Counted from the stretch's first letter, positions 1 to 15,058 are shown. The stretch: 64,000 nt of DNA from Trichoplax adhaerens (GCF_000150275.1 NW_002060964.1:108720-172719), one strand, 5' to 3'. Notes: generated by a model from the sequence alone, not told the origin. Made by a program: numbers and translations.

Positions 1-44
1 TGAATCGTTATTGGATAAATGATTTAATAGTTAAACTAACTACC

Positions 45-525
45 ATTAATTATTGTCCAGTTTATCCTTTCTTCTTACAGTAATGTCATATCCAAAATCA
101 ATTATATAATTATTTAGTAAGTAGTTCAAATATACATCCATTACTATTTTTAAATTTTTTCTTTCTTCTTATAATAGCTTTGAATCAGTACCAAATAAGT
201 TATTTTAATATTCTAAGTGTCTATAGATTATTATTATCCAAGTTTTCCTTCTTTCTACGATAACTTTGGATCAATATTGAGTAAATTGCTCCACAATTCA
301 TTTTACTACCAGTTACTATAATTACAATTATTATCTAGTTTTATCTTTCTTGTTACCATAGCCTTGAATCATTGCTCTATAGTTTTATTCCACGATTTTG
401 AACTCTACCGATTATAATCCGTTATTCCAGCTCTCTTTCTTTTTACGGTAACCTTAAATCAATTTACTATAATTATATTGATTGTTAGAGCAATTGCCGG
501 CTATTATCACGCAATTTTCTTTCCC
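45..525. repeat. Degenerate tandem repeat, period about 90-95 bp, about 6 units
   Basis: Recurring ttattatccagttttatctttctt..ac..tagccttgaatca-like blocks near 50, 150, 232, 328, 421 and 502. Confidence 0.55.
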
Positions 526-3500
526 AATCTTTCATTAGAATCTTATTTATATAAAACTTTTTCACATATGTATATATCTATATAAAGTTATCAATACATA
601 GTAGCTGGCATTCATTATTGCAAAACACTTCTTCCATATCATTGTTGAATTAGTAAATCACCTTGCATCAGCACCTAAAGTAAATTATAAGTAATTATTG
701 GCATTATGAAATAAAGCAATGAAAAAAGATGTTAATTAGGCATGTTAAAATTGAGTGTTTAGTTAAATAATGTCATTGTTGGATGATCTCCACATTTACT
801 TGAAAGTAGAGCGGCTTTTTTGAAGAGAAGTATCCTTGGTTACTGGACTTAATAGTAGACTCTAATCATCAAGTAGGATAACAACTGTAATATTATTCAC
901 AAAGTCAACATTTTTTACAACGAATAATCTAAAGTGGAATTGCAATAATATCATAGTGGACATATCACTCAATGTCAAAGAATAATGTAAATTTATTACT
1001 GCTTTTAATTACTGTTTCTAGCTTGCTGTTCAATAGGGTATCGTTTTTAAAACAAATTCCACTTAAAATCGTCTCTACATGCCTATTCTTAGATCTTTCT
1101 TTCAAATATATGTACTGTATATTCATTATTTGTTATATCGCTGATTGAATAGTATATATGTATATGTTATATACTTAACAAGGTAGAAAAAGATATAAAT
1201 CGTCTAATTGATTCTTTCGTTCTACTTGTTTAAAGTGCTTTTGAAGTTATCACTCATTTTAGGATATTTTTCAATTCTTTCTGTTGATGATTTATCCATC
1301 CGACGATTACAGGTGCAATACTAAAGAATATTGTGTTATTTATGTAGGAAGCTACCATTTGAACTTTTCCCAGGTCCTACATCGAGTATTGATACGTTCC
1401 ATTGGCCACTTCCTTATTATGCACGATCGGCAATTTCAATTACCAACTATAGACAGTTTACAGTAGATTTCCTTCAATCGAATAGATTACATCAACAGAT
1501 GCTTTCCAAAAATAAATATTGACTGATATAATCTATTGCAGTGGTTCACGTCTAATTTGTTCAATCCGTCAGTTAAAATATATAAAAGGTTACGTCTATT
1601 TTAGCGAAATAGTGTTCATCTTGAATTGGCTGAGGCTTAATTTTACGACTTTCATTTCTAACCAAAAGGCACTATTTATTACCATGTCTACTTTTATCCA
1701 GTGCCAATACTACAGTAATAAAGCTATTTTTAAGTGAGTAACCTTAATATCTACTTTACTCAACATGTAAACAAAGTGAGTGAGTCAAGTATAGACTTCC
1801 GAGCTACCTGACGCTGAAAGAAAATGGTGGCTTTGGATAAATAAATTCTCATGTATTGACGACACTTTTTATCCAATTTTAGCACCCTACTAATTATGTA
1901 ATGATATGGATAACGCCAAGATTAAAACAAACCAAGATAACGATAAGAATTTTCAGTATTGCGCCATAGAGGAGCCGTATTTATACTATTACACATCCAT
2001 GAACGAGATTGAACTCAATACTTGTGCCAATATAGACCATAAATTATTCTATCTTACCTTAGTAGGATGGATTAGTCCATGTAATCGTATATACCAATAT
2101 TGCCCGGATATATCGCTTTAAAGATATATATGGCTGCCTGTCTATATAGGGAATCCTGTTGTCTTTTCTATAGACGTCCTTAGAATCCCATACTCAATCG
2201 ATATAACTGCTTATTATGTAAGGATTTAATGCTTCCTATGTCAGGATAATAGGGGTCTGTACGCATCTGTAGAGTTGGTAATTTGTTCAAAATTAGTTTA
2301 TACTTCATAATTGATTCATTTTCACTACCGGTTAATCAACTTGACGTTCATCTTAGGGTGATTCTAGTTGAAATTTCCAAGATTTTATTTGTCTATGTTA
2401 AGGTTAAAATCGATAGCATACGTTGGATATTAATAATATCACAACAGATGCTCATGTTAAATTTCTGCTAGGTTAAGATATTATATATTGCTGTGGTTTT
2501 AACTCAAAAATTTATTACAGCAAATAAAGTCTATGATATCCATTACACTAGCCTGAAATAAAGCAACTCTAACGATACAGAAGACGTCATATGAAATTAT
2601 AGAATACCTTCTACAGCGTAATAAGGAACTTTATGTAAAGACAAAGTAACCTACAAATACTTCTAATTCATAGATAGACTTTGGATAGATCGATATTAGG
2701 GTAATAAAATTGTCTACTTATTTCTATAAAGGCGATGTATTTTCTGTCAAAAATCAAGTGATCGTCATGTCTATCAACAGCCTGCAAGGAATGAATGAAT
2801 GATTTGATATCAATTAATATTATAAATAAGGAATAGGCATTAAGTCAAGATATTGTTGAAAACTAATAAATGAATTAGTCAAGTAGACAATAATGTCCTC
2901 ATTGTTGGTGAATTGACAAGGCTATAGTGAAATTTAGAACTACTAAAGGACGATATCCTTACAGACGAAATATCCATTAGAAAACAAGAAAGGTATAAAT
3001 AATTATACCATGATTGTTCCAAAAATATAAGCAAAGATGCTACCACTTAGGCCGATGAATCAATCAGGCCAACAAACTAAACTGCTTATGCTATCATTAA
3101 ATCATATTACTCCATTTCTGATTATGATTTTGTTGGAATAGATTTCCTCTTATAGTGCCCATGATTTTGTTAATGCCTTTTAAATCGATGTCAACCATTG
3201 TTTAAATTAGCATTATTATCAAAACTACGCTAAATGTTTGCTAATCATTTCCAGTTAGCTAATGTACCATAGGCAATAAAAACATGATTGCCATAAATGA
3301 TTTAATTTGAGCCTAGGTAGAAATAAAATTGAATTTTAAAGGTACTATAGCGTAACCTACCGTCTTATAAAACAAGTATTTAAAATGTGTTTTGTAATGA
3401 CAAAATATCGAGGAAGAAGTTCCTAGAAATACTGAAGTGATGATGACGAAGGCGTAAAAAAATTGATAAAAATTTCATTATCTTGGGAGAATTGTATGAT

Positions 3501-4799
3501 GATGAAAGAAGATAATTGTAATAGCCAATAGAAAGGGTTTTTATCCGGTTTACACTTGCCTTAACAATACGGTTTAAGATTGCATTTAGGATAATCCACG
3601 CGCCCTAAAACATTAAAATTCTACTTTCTTTTTCTCTTTAGTATTTCATTATGCTTATTAAATTAACGAACGATTCGGTCTAAACTTCGATTTCAAGGCT
3701 TACTTCCGTAGTAGATTATACAATTTCAATACCTCTATACACTACTAGTTTTTAATAATAGTTACTCATTATTTATTCCAAATTTTGGTAAAATGAGATA
3801 ATGTATTACCGGAAAAGGATGACTCAGGATGTTAAAGATATTATACGACCAATATGACCCGACGTGCTACCGTAAATCTCCGAAATACTTATTTTACGCT
3901 TAAAATGAGTAGTATGTACATTTAATATAGAATATTAATATATTAAAACAGCCTCTTTGGAATTAGTACCTACTGATAGACTATATATATGTTTCATGGA
4001 AATTTTTGTAAAGAGAGAGGCTTTATTAGTAGAAAAGCGTAATATTAGATATTCCTGTTATTATTGCATTTTCTATGATAAATTAAAGACGGCAGTGCAA
4101 TTTCATCCTCAAGTTACATTATAATGTCCGAGCGTAGTTCGATTTCAAAGAATGGTACAGTATAATGATAGATAACACTGTAAAAGTATTTGCCTGTCAT
4201 TTCTATATGAATAGTTAAGCTTAGAATTTTGGCTGCATATCAGACTGGCTCGGACTTCGTTCTAGCTGCGTTTGGTTTTAGGTTATTAGTGCTCCTAGAT
4301 AGCTACTAATGGTTTGAATTACTTATTGTAAAAATTTTTATTTTATTATAGAGCCTTAAATAAAAATTGACTTTCACGGATAATGAAATATTTTATTTTC
4401 GGAGGAACGATTCTGTACACACAGATAGCATTACACCTCCAGTTGTAGTTTACAATTTGTCCAAATAGCCTGAAGCATATTAAATTTTATTAAGTAATCT
4501 AAATTAATTGATAAACTAGATTGAGGAATGATATGGCTGAAAATAACTTTTGACTAATACGATACTTCGTAATCCGTATACAGATGCTAGATAGTAGTAA
4601 TGAATGAGCTTATGACAAACCTTGTCGACATATTGATTAACAAAATAGATATGAAATGAATAATTACTTAATTAGCTTTAGGAAGCGTATGTATTGGTTG
4701 TTTATATCGTTCGATTTGGCATGATAGATAATAATCGTCCGGAAAACAATCATAAAGGGTAATATAATATGATTTCAATTGTATTTATAATTGATATAG

Positions 4800-7700
4800 A
4801 AATAAAATCTACAGTTGCTAGGATAAAATTAAGATGATAAGAATGTTAAAATCGCTTAGTCTTTGTTTATCTACTCCATCTGCTCTGACAAGAGTCCATC
4901 GCCGATTATTTAGATATTTTGAATTATTGGAATGTTCCATCCTATTTGGTAATAATTTCTTTATTAAACATGAAGGCATGGATTTGAAGCTTATAAAAAA
5001 CCTATTGCATGTTTTATCAAAAATGATAATGCTTATAATACCGCATATATTCTCGTATTAATGTATGGTCTAAAGACTGACAATACCGCTTTTAAGATCA
5101 GTAGCTTCAAGGATTTTCTAATTAACAGGAATGAATTAATCTTAACCAGATGATGAGGTATATAGGGATTAATTAGACGATTTTTGGACTATTTTGTATA
5201 TGTTGAATGGAATAGCCGAAAAATAATGCCAGAATTGTATAGAGGCAGTAAAATGGCAATATTTGAAAGCCTTTGTATTTTATTTCGAAGATATCTAGTT
5301 ATCCAGATACGCATCGTATCATCAGAGATACTCTTAATGATGCTGAATATATTAATTGGCTTTTGAAAGCCGCAATTATTATAGATATTGTAAGAATCGA
5401 TGTCATTCTTAGCAATAATATTGAAATATCAAAGTCTGCTCATAATATTTTGTTACTGATTCTAATTTCATAACGATAATTTTTTTTTCGAAGACATTGG
5501 GTTGTGTGGAGACAAGTTACGATTAAAGCTATCCTTAATAATACAAAAAGTTTTATTAATTTGCTAGCAAAACCTGTTATTGTTGTAGATATTGAAAAAT
5601 TAAACTCAGCTGTAGCAACAATGTTGCGGTATCATGGCTTGCCCGTGGAACTTTGAGATTAATTCAACACGCATCTTTATGGTTTCACCTACTATATTAA
5701 TCTTTAAAAGATTTTAGTTATGCAGATTTCCAGTTATAACTTAAGATACTCTCAATTAATAAAATTATTTATTAGTGATTTGTAAAGGTTGTACTTATTG
5801 TAGAAACTATAAGATTTGATGCTGGTCTTGATACGAATATTGAATTACTGAGCTAACGGAACTTGCCTGCATAATTATGGCTGTTTTATTAGTGATACGA
5901 GTATTATGTTGATGTAGACAACAGGATACATCCAAGAATAATAGAATATATCAATATTAAACTTTGTCAATCGAGGTTTCCCCAAAGCTGTAAATAATTG
6001 ACTTCTTATTGATCTAAATTTATAATTGTTTATGCACCAATGCATGTAAATACTTGCTATACGCGTATTTGATGAAAATTGATTTAATTTCAGCGCGTTT
6101 GAAACCTTTACCTACAGTTAAATCCACATAGACGTGATTAATTTTAAATAGGTACCCAAAAGACTTCTTATACTCCTAGAAGTTGTTATATTCGTAATAT
6201 TAAACGTATTATATCTTTGTTTTAGCTCTCTTTACTTAATTTATAATTTAACATAACCATTAAGTCTAAAATTAAATTTCCAATCAGTAACGTAGCTAAA
6301 CATGCCATAACTCCTCATATCTTCTTATTATATAAAAATATTAATTTCATCCTATAAATTACGTTTAATATAGATCTAGCCGTAAACACATTTTATAAAT
6401 ATGTTTAAACCCTTACAATTTGACGTGGTTTGATTATATAAAATATTTGCCTATACGACAAATAAGTCATATTTAATTTTTGTTGAATTTTAGGCCGGCA
6501 TATTAGCTGCAAACTCCAAAAAGATCTTGATACGAACCCGTATGAACATTTAAGAGCTAGTTCTAGTTGTTTTAATCAACCTCAACTTCGATAATGAACT
6601 TGCTTTTATGCTATTAATTTATAGCATAAAATGAAGACAATGATTTTCATCTTATTCATCTACATGGATGTTTTTTTGTGCCTTTCCCCTATATATTAAA
6701 CATGACAAATTACAACATCAAAATTTATATGGTGACTAAGAGCGATGATCATAAATTTGTTAATATGCCAACACTTGCGAATCTATGAAAGAGTTCCTCA
6801 TGGCAGATCATCAATGTATTCGGATTTGCATCGCATAAATTCGGCGATATAGGTGATAGATTAATGTAACGCAAAATTAATTGATGACTCTAATCGTTAA
6901 GGAATAAATACGATTACATAATCATCAATAGAAAAAAACTTAGTCTATTTATTATAATAGCTACGGCAATAACATTGATTGAATGTATTAATTGAGTTCG
7001 GTCCCATACTATTCATTAGCTGCTGATATCCGTAAGCTTTAAGATCCATCCTACTGTTCTTATTGGAAATATCGCTAAAACTTTTCCGTATAATGCGTAC
7101 TGCTGGTAATACAGTATACTTATTTTTTTCAAATCAGACTACTAAAGATCATTGTTGCCGGTATCAAATGAAATTATTCGCATATTCTTTATGTTAAAGT
7201 GAATCTGTAGTTGTAAAATGTTTGTTTGATTATAATTATTATTAAAATTGTCAGAATTTGCATAAGTTTACGATTATAGCTTATTATTAAATTCTTACAG
7301 TTGTATACCAGCCTAAAAAATTATATATTTTGAGGCTGGTCTGAAGCAGTAAGAACTTAATAATGATAATCGTTTACACTATTCTTCATTAGATTGATCG
7401 TTATCAACCGTTGATATATTGCCATCTTTACGAAATTTTACTGGTGATTATGATAAAATTATTGCTTGACTTTTAATTATTTAGATCGCTGTAGATATTA
7501 ATTAATTAATAAGATCATTCTTTATGGAAATTTAAATAATAAAGAAAGTTTTTGGATTCCTTTTTAAACAATAATAACCTTCCAGATGTAATCACGTAGA
7601 TGTGGTTAATTAAACATAAAATTGCAATGATTATTGTGGCATTATCTGCCTCTGATGATGCAGTTTATTTCTCTCACCGATTCCGGTCACCACCGGTTCA

Positions 7701-8100
7701 TTATGATCTTTACTTTATATCACTAACTTCATTAAGATAGTTTTTAGTTTTGGGCTATAGTTCATAAGTCATTTATGTAAACTAAGAAGTTTTCAAATAT
7801 GAAGAAAGATAATAATCGACTATAATAATTAGGTTAAACTTAGATTGAAAAATTAACTAACAATTATGAAATTTTTATCGTTATTGTTTTCCTAAGAGAC
7901 TATCCAAGTTTATACGTGTTGGTATTACGATTCCATTACGAGATTCTTTAAGATATTTTGCCTGTATTTACAGAAATTCTTACTGATTTCACTTGGGCAG
8001 TTTTTAATGTTGGCTATAGACTTAAATATTAATCGTTTACTGATCTGAATATGCTAATATGTTTACGTAAGATTAGCATAGCATGTAGTGGAGTGCATGG
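4800..8100 (+). pseudogene. Possible heavily decayed LRR-GPCR (LGR/RXFP-like) relic
   Basis: Broken LRR-like strings (LFRYFELLECSILFGNNF) followed by hydrophobic TM-like remnants (LAIDLNINRLL, compare LPINSALNP). Many stops; recognised by eye only. Confidence 0.25.
7271..7372. mobile_element. Short fold-back, MITE-like element of about 102 bp flanked by TTTA direct repeats
   Basis: Left arm cgattatagcttattattaaattcttacagttgtataccagcctaaaa versus reverse complement of right arm cgattatcattattaagttcttactgcttcagaccagcctcaaaa. TTTA at 7267-7270 and 7373-7376. Confidence 0.55.
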
Positions 8101-10119
8101 AGACAAAATAGGATACTTGGACTACTCAAGAAGGCGATAAGGCAATGTATGGACTACTTAGATAGTTAAATGTTGTGCCCTTAAATTAGTAGAATCTTTG
8201 AAATTACGGAAGCTGATAAACATAGATCTACTAGGACTACTACTGTAGAGTTATGTACGTACTGGTTGGAGACAACTGCTGGTTTCTTCAATCCCTGTGT
8301 AGAGCTATGTACTTCTCTAATTTCAATTAGACTCAAAGAAATTTTTTGAAAGAAATTTAAATTATGGATAATACTAGCTCTTGCCTTTGAACGTAGCGGC
8401 GACTGCATGAGTGCATATTGATTTAATTGTGTTCAACTTTAATCAACAACACTTTTTGAAAAATAAAAAAACGAATGGTAACTGCGATAGCAGTTTTCTT
8501 CGCCGATCTTGATGCGATATTTTTTAATATATAGTTATTGCGATGACAAAAGGACACCTACATTTGATATGGTAAACAGTCATGCTTAGTATATTTCTGT
8601 TGGGGTCAGTTTGAATAATTATTTAGCTGGTTTAAATAGTTTTATACAAAATTCGAGAATTTGAATTAATTTAATTACTCTTGTAACAGCGTATGCAGCA
8701 CCTAAACGCAACGATAACTTCCACATTTGAAGTCTATCTGGTTATTAATTAAATCGTATTATTGGCAATAAGGATTTGCATATATAACTATACGAAGTTG
8801 GTATCTTGTAAAAAATAACAGATGCTTCTGTATGGATTTATGCAAACCTTACCGATTATATCATTTCAACTAACTCCGTCATTTCTACATCTTAAAGAGA
8901 TAACGTTAGTAAATTATCCCGATTAACATTTTAAATTTTAGTACCCTTACTATGCTGATTGACAATATTGTTGTCAGGATAACGGCGTAATTTTATTATT
9001 AGCATCAAAACGCTAACTTGACATTGATTTAGCGATTGATTGAAGCAAGATAAATGCAGAAAAATTCGACATTGATTGCTCGGTGGTTTAAAATATTATT
9101 CCGTAACATGGCCTTGTTAATGTTAACAATGGCTTACGAAAGAAGTTTCGACATGAAATAAAGACAAAAACATTAATAATAAGTTCAGATATGATATTAA
9201 TAGTAATTTAAACTAGTGCGATATACTATTTAATTTTAAATACACATGGCATTAATTGAATATAAATTACAAGATCATGGCATCGTTATAATCAATAACT
9301 TTCTATTTCAGAAATGTGACTACGTGGCATAAAGTCATTTAAAGTAATCGAAAAAATATAATGGTTATTCATGTTATGATAACGTGTTGTAAACAAGGTA
9401 TTATGCTAGATTCTTGCTTAAAATACATAGCCATCTACGTTAGATACATTATGTTATTAAAACAAGCATAATTTTATGCTACCATTAAACCATTAAAAAG
9501 TATTGACATTATAGGTTTGATTCGAGATATGGTACCTATCGAATGAGGTAGAATTCCAACAACTAAATTTTAAATCAGTTTTACTTGAATCGTTAGAAAT
9601 AATAACATTAAGGTAGAATAACAAAGTGATTGTTCTAACCAATTATTACAATGTAACATGATTTTTTGCAGAACATGTTGATTTTATTTGTTTCTCTTGA
9701 CATTATTTAATAATTGACTAATCAATAGTAGTTGTACTGGTATAGTAAATCGGTAAGATTGATTAACTGATTTTGTTATACAATAATAATGATCAGGCAG
9801 TTATCGCATCTCATGCTTTGATAACGCGAATAACATAATTAGGATCGGTCTATTCCATAGCTATAGATTACTGTTTTAACCCTACAATTATAGTGATCTC
9901 GATTTCGTGTCAAATATTGGTATAACAATCTCCTGACCTTATCGGTATTGACAGCTCAAGAAAATTAGATCGATTATTCTTATATCTCCATAATCTATCA
10001 GATGCTACTTAGATAGTGATATTCAAACCCTTTATATACCAAACTTTCGGAAGAATACATATTCAACAAGCTCGAAAGGAGCTGATGAATAATTACATAA
10101 ATATATACATCTTTTACAG

Positions 10120-12258
10120 TTATTGACCAATTTCAATCCTTTCGTTACAATTGACACGTTTATCAATTTCGAGTTGTGCTGCTGCTACCTGATTTTTAAT
10201 CTGTTTGACCTTTAACAGTACACCCTCTGACGGTAATTAGTAAAAGAAATTTAGACAATCAATTGAAACTAATAAATTTTCGGATTTATTTTAAGTAAAA
10301 GTTATATCAGTGATAATATATCAGTACTAAAAGAAACCTACCGGCTCTTGTAATAGCTTCTACAAGTTGTTGGCGAGCCTGTGCATTTTCTTCTTGTAAT
10401 CTTTCGATCGCTTTTTCCTACATAGATAAATCATAACAATGACGCATGAGTAAAGAAAATTAAGAAATGCAGTTTACATTCAGTCAAGTAAGAAAATACA
10501 TTATCAGTTTTAGAAGAAAAGTTATTATTTTATTCTTTGAAATTATCCATTTTAATTTTAATGATGGTTACTCTCCGTAGTATTTCGGTTACAATGTAGT
10601 AGACTACTTGTGCCATTCATTGTGAAAAACCCTAAGCGCTTAGTTCCAATTATTAAATTACGAAATGGATTTTTAAGTTTATAGTCATAATCATTGTCAT
10701 ATTCAACTCTATCTTTGTTTGATATTGGTATCAACTTCTGCTAGCTGACGACAACTTGATTTTAGCAGTGCTTTTGTATATATATATATATATGACGGTT
10801 ATGATTTGACGCATCAGAGTGTTACAGATGTTTTTACATGGAATTGGATTACATTATGTAACAGTCGATGAAGAGGATATCATTTTCGTTGCTATTCTGG
10901 CTCTGTCCTGCTTTATACGTATTTGGTTGAAATTTGTTTAACCATTATTCATTAGTAATAGTGGACGTAGAGTAAATGACGGCTTTAGATGCGGCCTGTC
11001 CTGTCTAAATCAGTAACATCAACGAATGCTTGCAATGCAAATACCTGATTTTGTTGCGAGACACGAATATCGGGTAAGGAAGTAATAATGTAGTCGATAT
11101 CTTGAGCGGTCCGAGTAATCAAGGTAGCAAAAACGTCTAAATTGTCTATCGTTATAGCAAGAAAGAATGTTTTAGTTGAAGGTCAAGTTGAACTTCATAT
11201 ATCTACACTCTTCTAGGTAGATTAAATATACTTTGTGTCATTTCATGACAGGAATTACAGTATTGGCATTAATCATACTGCTTTTAAATGATTCTTTATC
11301 ATGATACATTACTTCTTTTACTTCGTAATTAATTTTTTATACGCAACTGTGGTACTGTATGGCAGGAATTTTAATAATGAGTGCAGATAGGTAGCACAAC
11401 TTACTTTCTACATTTTCACCATTCGTAGTCGGATTGTGAACGGCTAGATAGGATACCGTGTTTGAATAGAGAATTTGGTTAGTTTGCATCCATTGAATAC
11501 TTAATAAGCCTATAAGCATAGTCTAGAAATTCATGAAAGTATTTTATACGCATACAGTCATCGACGATCAAAAAGACAGTTTGTAGAAACAGTTGGGTTA
11601 GTCGACGTCTGGTAAATTCTTAATCACTTCATATAGTACTGAAGGCATACAGTAGATATCATATAGGCTGTTGGTCGGATGATTCAACATCCCTGGAAGT
11701 ATTCTATACTATTCATTATCAAAATCACTTTTGCATTCTAGGGTTATATTAAGTAAGAATCATCATCAATCCATTTTGTATGATACGCAGTATGCACAAC
11801 TGTCTATTGTATAGCCAACTCAAGTAGTCAGAGTAAGGCTATACTTATTTTATGGTCAGACTAAAAGTAGAAACGCTTCTAGCTTAGCTATGAAATACCA
11901 GTCGATAGTTACTATAGGGTTGAATATGATACACGTATACTCTATAGAGCCTACTTATGGATTTATTCGTGGAGATATAGTACTACTCAACTGACTATAT
12001 CCTACCTCGGTCGTGGCTTTCAAATTCATCAAAATAACTTAACGGCGCCGATTGTTGTAGAACTCCAACGCTGTCGCAAAGATGTTGAGCTAGCTGTTAT
12101 AATTATGCATAGTATACAGAAATAAAAGGTAGAATTAAAGCTAAAATGATTTACAAGATAACTTGATGAATATTGTTCAATCTACTTGCATGGATCAATC
12201 AATCTAATCAACTTACTTGGTTGACAGCGTCTTGTAACTGCGATAATCTGTCCGCCAT
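10120..12258 (-). CDS. MED21: Mediator complex subunit 21, 6 exons (12217-12258, 12006-12093, 11405-11443, 11045-11145, 10342-10417, 10120-10226)
   Basis: Manual splicing with GT-AG sites and consistent phases gives [31 protein letters not shown]...FATLITRTAQDIDYIITSLP...ERLQEENAQARQQLVEAI, the MED21/SRB7 signature. Confidence 0.93.
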
Positions 12259-12613
12259 GTTGGTATGTTACTGTCAATCAATTGTAGTCCAGGCATGCGT
12301 GCAAGTGGTCCAGTCTACAGTACTTTATACACTACCAGAGTTATAGTATGGAAACCGGACGCGGAGCCGTACAACACAGTACAGTATGGTACACTGTATA
12401 CTGATTATGACCATGAGCATTGCGGGTACAGTGTACAGTACGCTGTACTGTAGGTGGAAAGGCGAGCGTGGTTCTGGATAATGCCATTGTTTTACTACAG
12501 TAGCAAGTGACAATACTACAGTATCTAAGGGTACTGTACACTGTACAGTTGTTGTACTGTACAGTAGAGTACAGGACACCACTTGATTTAGGCCTTTCAA
12601 GGTCAACAACAAA

Positions 12614-15058
12614 ATGGCTCAATTTTTAAAGGTAGTTGCCTTGAGACGTTTACCAGGACTCTATCCTAGCGTTAGGCTAGTACATGCATCCAGGTAGAGT
12701 TGTCACTTAGTTTGCATAGTAATGAATAAATTGTAATGGGTTAGCCATAACTATACAATCGATTTAATTTTGATGATGGAATTGTTCAAACATGATTTAT
12801 TAATCCTTTTGTGCAGAATGATGAGGAAAATGATAGATTGAATGATAATTACAATTCATTGCATAAGTTCTAATTGAATATCGAAAAAAGTTAGCCATAC
12901 CTTTAAGGTCATATTTTATCATTTCTTTTGTAGTGCCTTAATGAAAATGAAAATTTACACCAAAACTGGCGATAAAGGTATACAGTACTACGCGTATGAC
13001 ATGTAATGTTTGTTGATAGCGATAGACGAATGATGGCGTAATACTAATTGTTGTACAGTACAGTATTGGATTTCGCTTCTTGCAATGACAAAATTTCAAC
13101 GTATTTTATTGAATTGAATTGAATTAAACTGTTGAGACTGCATCGGTATCACTAGTTGTAGCCAATCAATTTCAAGTGTTGCTTTCAAGAATATTGCTAT
13201 TGGATGATGCACACCGACATTTGCGTTTGACTAGTATATTGCAATCGTAAGACTATCCTAATTTAAGCAATTGCTATTTCGCATTCGTTGAACAGGCAAA
13301 TCGAGCTTATTTACTGGTGAAAGGCGACTAAAAGATGATACTATATTTGAAGCTTTGGGAACAAATGATGAGCTGTCATCAGCAATAGGGTAAATCAATC
13401 ATACTACTGTACTATTCCCAAGATTTGATTCTATCTGCAAAGCTATATCGTTCGTAAAATATGGTCTTAATTTTATGGTTTAATCTTTCAATATCTAAAT
13501 ATACTAAAAGGTGATCGCTAAAGTAGCTTGTTTCATTTTTCTAACTTATTATATTACACTCTAAATTAATGTAGGCTAGCTAGAGAATTTTGCTTGCAGG
13601 CTGGACAGAACTTTGTCGACAAGCTAGAACAAGTATTTCATATCTTAATGATGTATATCTAGTAAAATATTGATACAACACGTTACTACTGTTTTCTGAC
13701 TTGATAAAGTGATTATACTGTATTGGAACTGTGTTTCCGTCTGCTATTTTTATGAGTTATACGTATAATATACTTCGTTACAATTTCTACGTTTAAGATT
13801 TTAATATTTACTATACCACTATTTATCCACTTCAAACGGTAAAATTACGCACAATTCGTATTATACTGTAGATTCAATGTCGCTTGCAGGACATCGGATC
13901 GAACATTGCTACACCGCGTATTCAAGCTGATGAGGATAAATTAGGTTCTCCTATAGTAATAAATCTATAAAAATGTAGTAAGACATTATTTATTTGCATT
14001 GGAACATGCTGTCGTTTCCACTAGGCGTTCAACCTAACATGGCTTAAGGATACGACAATGTTAATGTTTATTATTTTAAACTAATTAATATATACGCGTA
14101 TCATCCAGGCAGCATTTAACGAAATTAATTTTTTATTTATCTAGTTCGAACAGAATTTAGTTCATCTAATGTCCAACAATTGGAATTATGGATTGATGAA
14201 ATGGATGAACAATTACCACCATTAAAAAATTTTATCTTACCGGTGCGTATATTCATAAGCAACAAGATATTCAATAGAGTGTTTCAATGCTATCTCGTGA
14301 ATGCTAGCAATACTGAAATATTTGAAGGTGAATTTTGTTCAAAATTACCAATTCTTTTCGTTCGCAGTCTGGTGGATTATCAAGCAGCTCTTTGCATGTG
14401 GCGAGATCAATTTGTCGTCGAGCCGAAAGAAGGTACTGTTATGCTATTACATCTTATGTAATACCTAAATTCAAATCAGGTGCAATTCAATATACAGTAT
14501 TGTATTAGATACTAATAGAATATCATCATAATATCCTATAACTTGACCAGTATCCCTAGGGGATACAGCTGATCTATTTATTTTCACTGCAACTATCGTC
14601 AATGTAGGGTTGTACCACTTGTTCGTGAAAATGCTGTTGACCCTGATGTTGCAAAATACTTAAACAGGTTCACAAATTGCTTCTTGTCGAAAAATGTTCC
14701 TTCACGAATATATTACTTGCGTCCTTTATACAACACTCGTTACAGTAGAAATTGATCCGAAATTCTTACACTAATCTAATTGTAACGTATTCGCGCACTC
14801 GATAGACTTGGCTATATTCTGATTTCTACTAGAAGTACAGATTAATTAATTTATTTCAATCGCATATGACTACGCTATCTTGCTAATTCTATTGAAAATA
14901 CCAGTAAATCTAGCGAAACAATTTCGAAGTTGTTAATTGTCATGCTTTCTAATCATTTGAATCCATTAAGGCTCAGCGACTTTCTATTCACTGCTGCCCG
15001 CTATTCCGCCATGAAGGAAGGCCGTAGCGAAGTTATCTATAGAAAAAGCGATCAGTAA
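12614..15058 (+). CDS. MMAB: Mitochondrial cob(I)alamin adenosyltransferase (PduO type), 9 exons (12614-12693, 12934-12977, 13296-13389, 13575-13632, 13872-13944, 14145-14242, 14368-14432, 14608-14667, 14971-15058)
   Basis: [43 protein letters not shown] and [14 protein letters not shown] motifs. Exon 1 ([26 protein letters not shown]) is Arg-rich and acid-free like a transit peptide and splices in frame. Confidence 0.95.

Noticed and set aside
1540-1590. NACHT Walker B-like LTDGLNKL on the minus strand
   Set aside because: No Walker A or other supporting motif nearby; too short to call.
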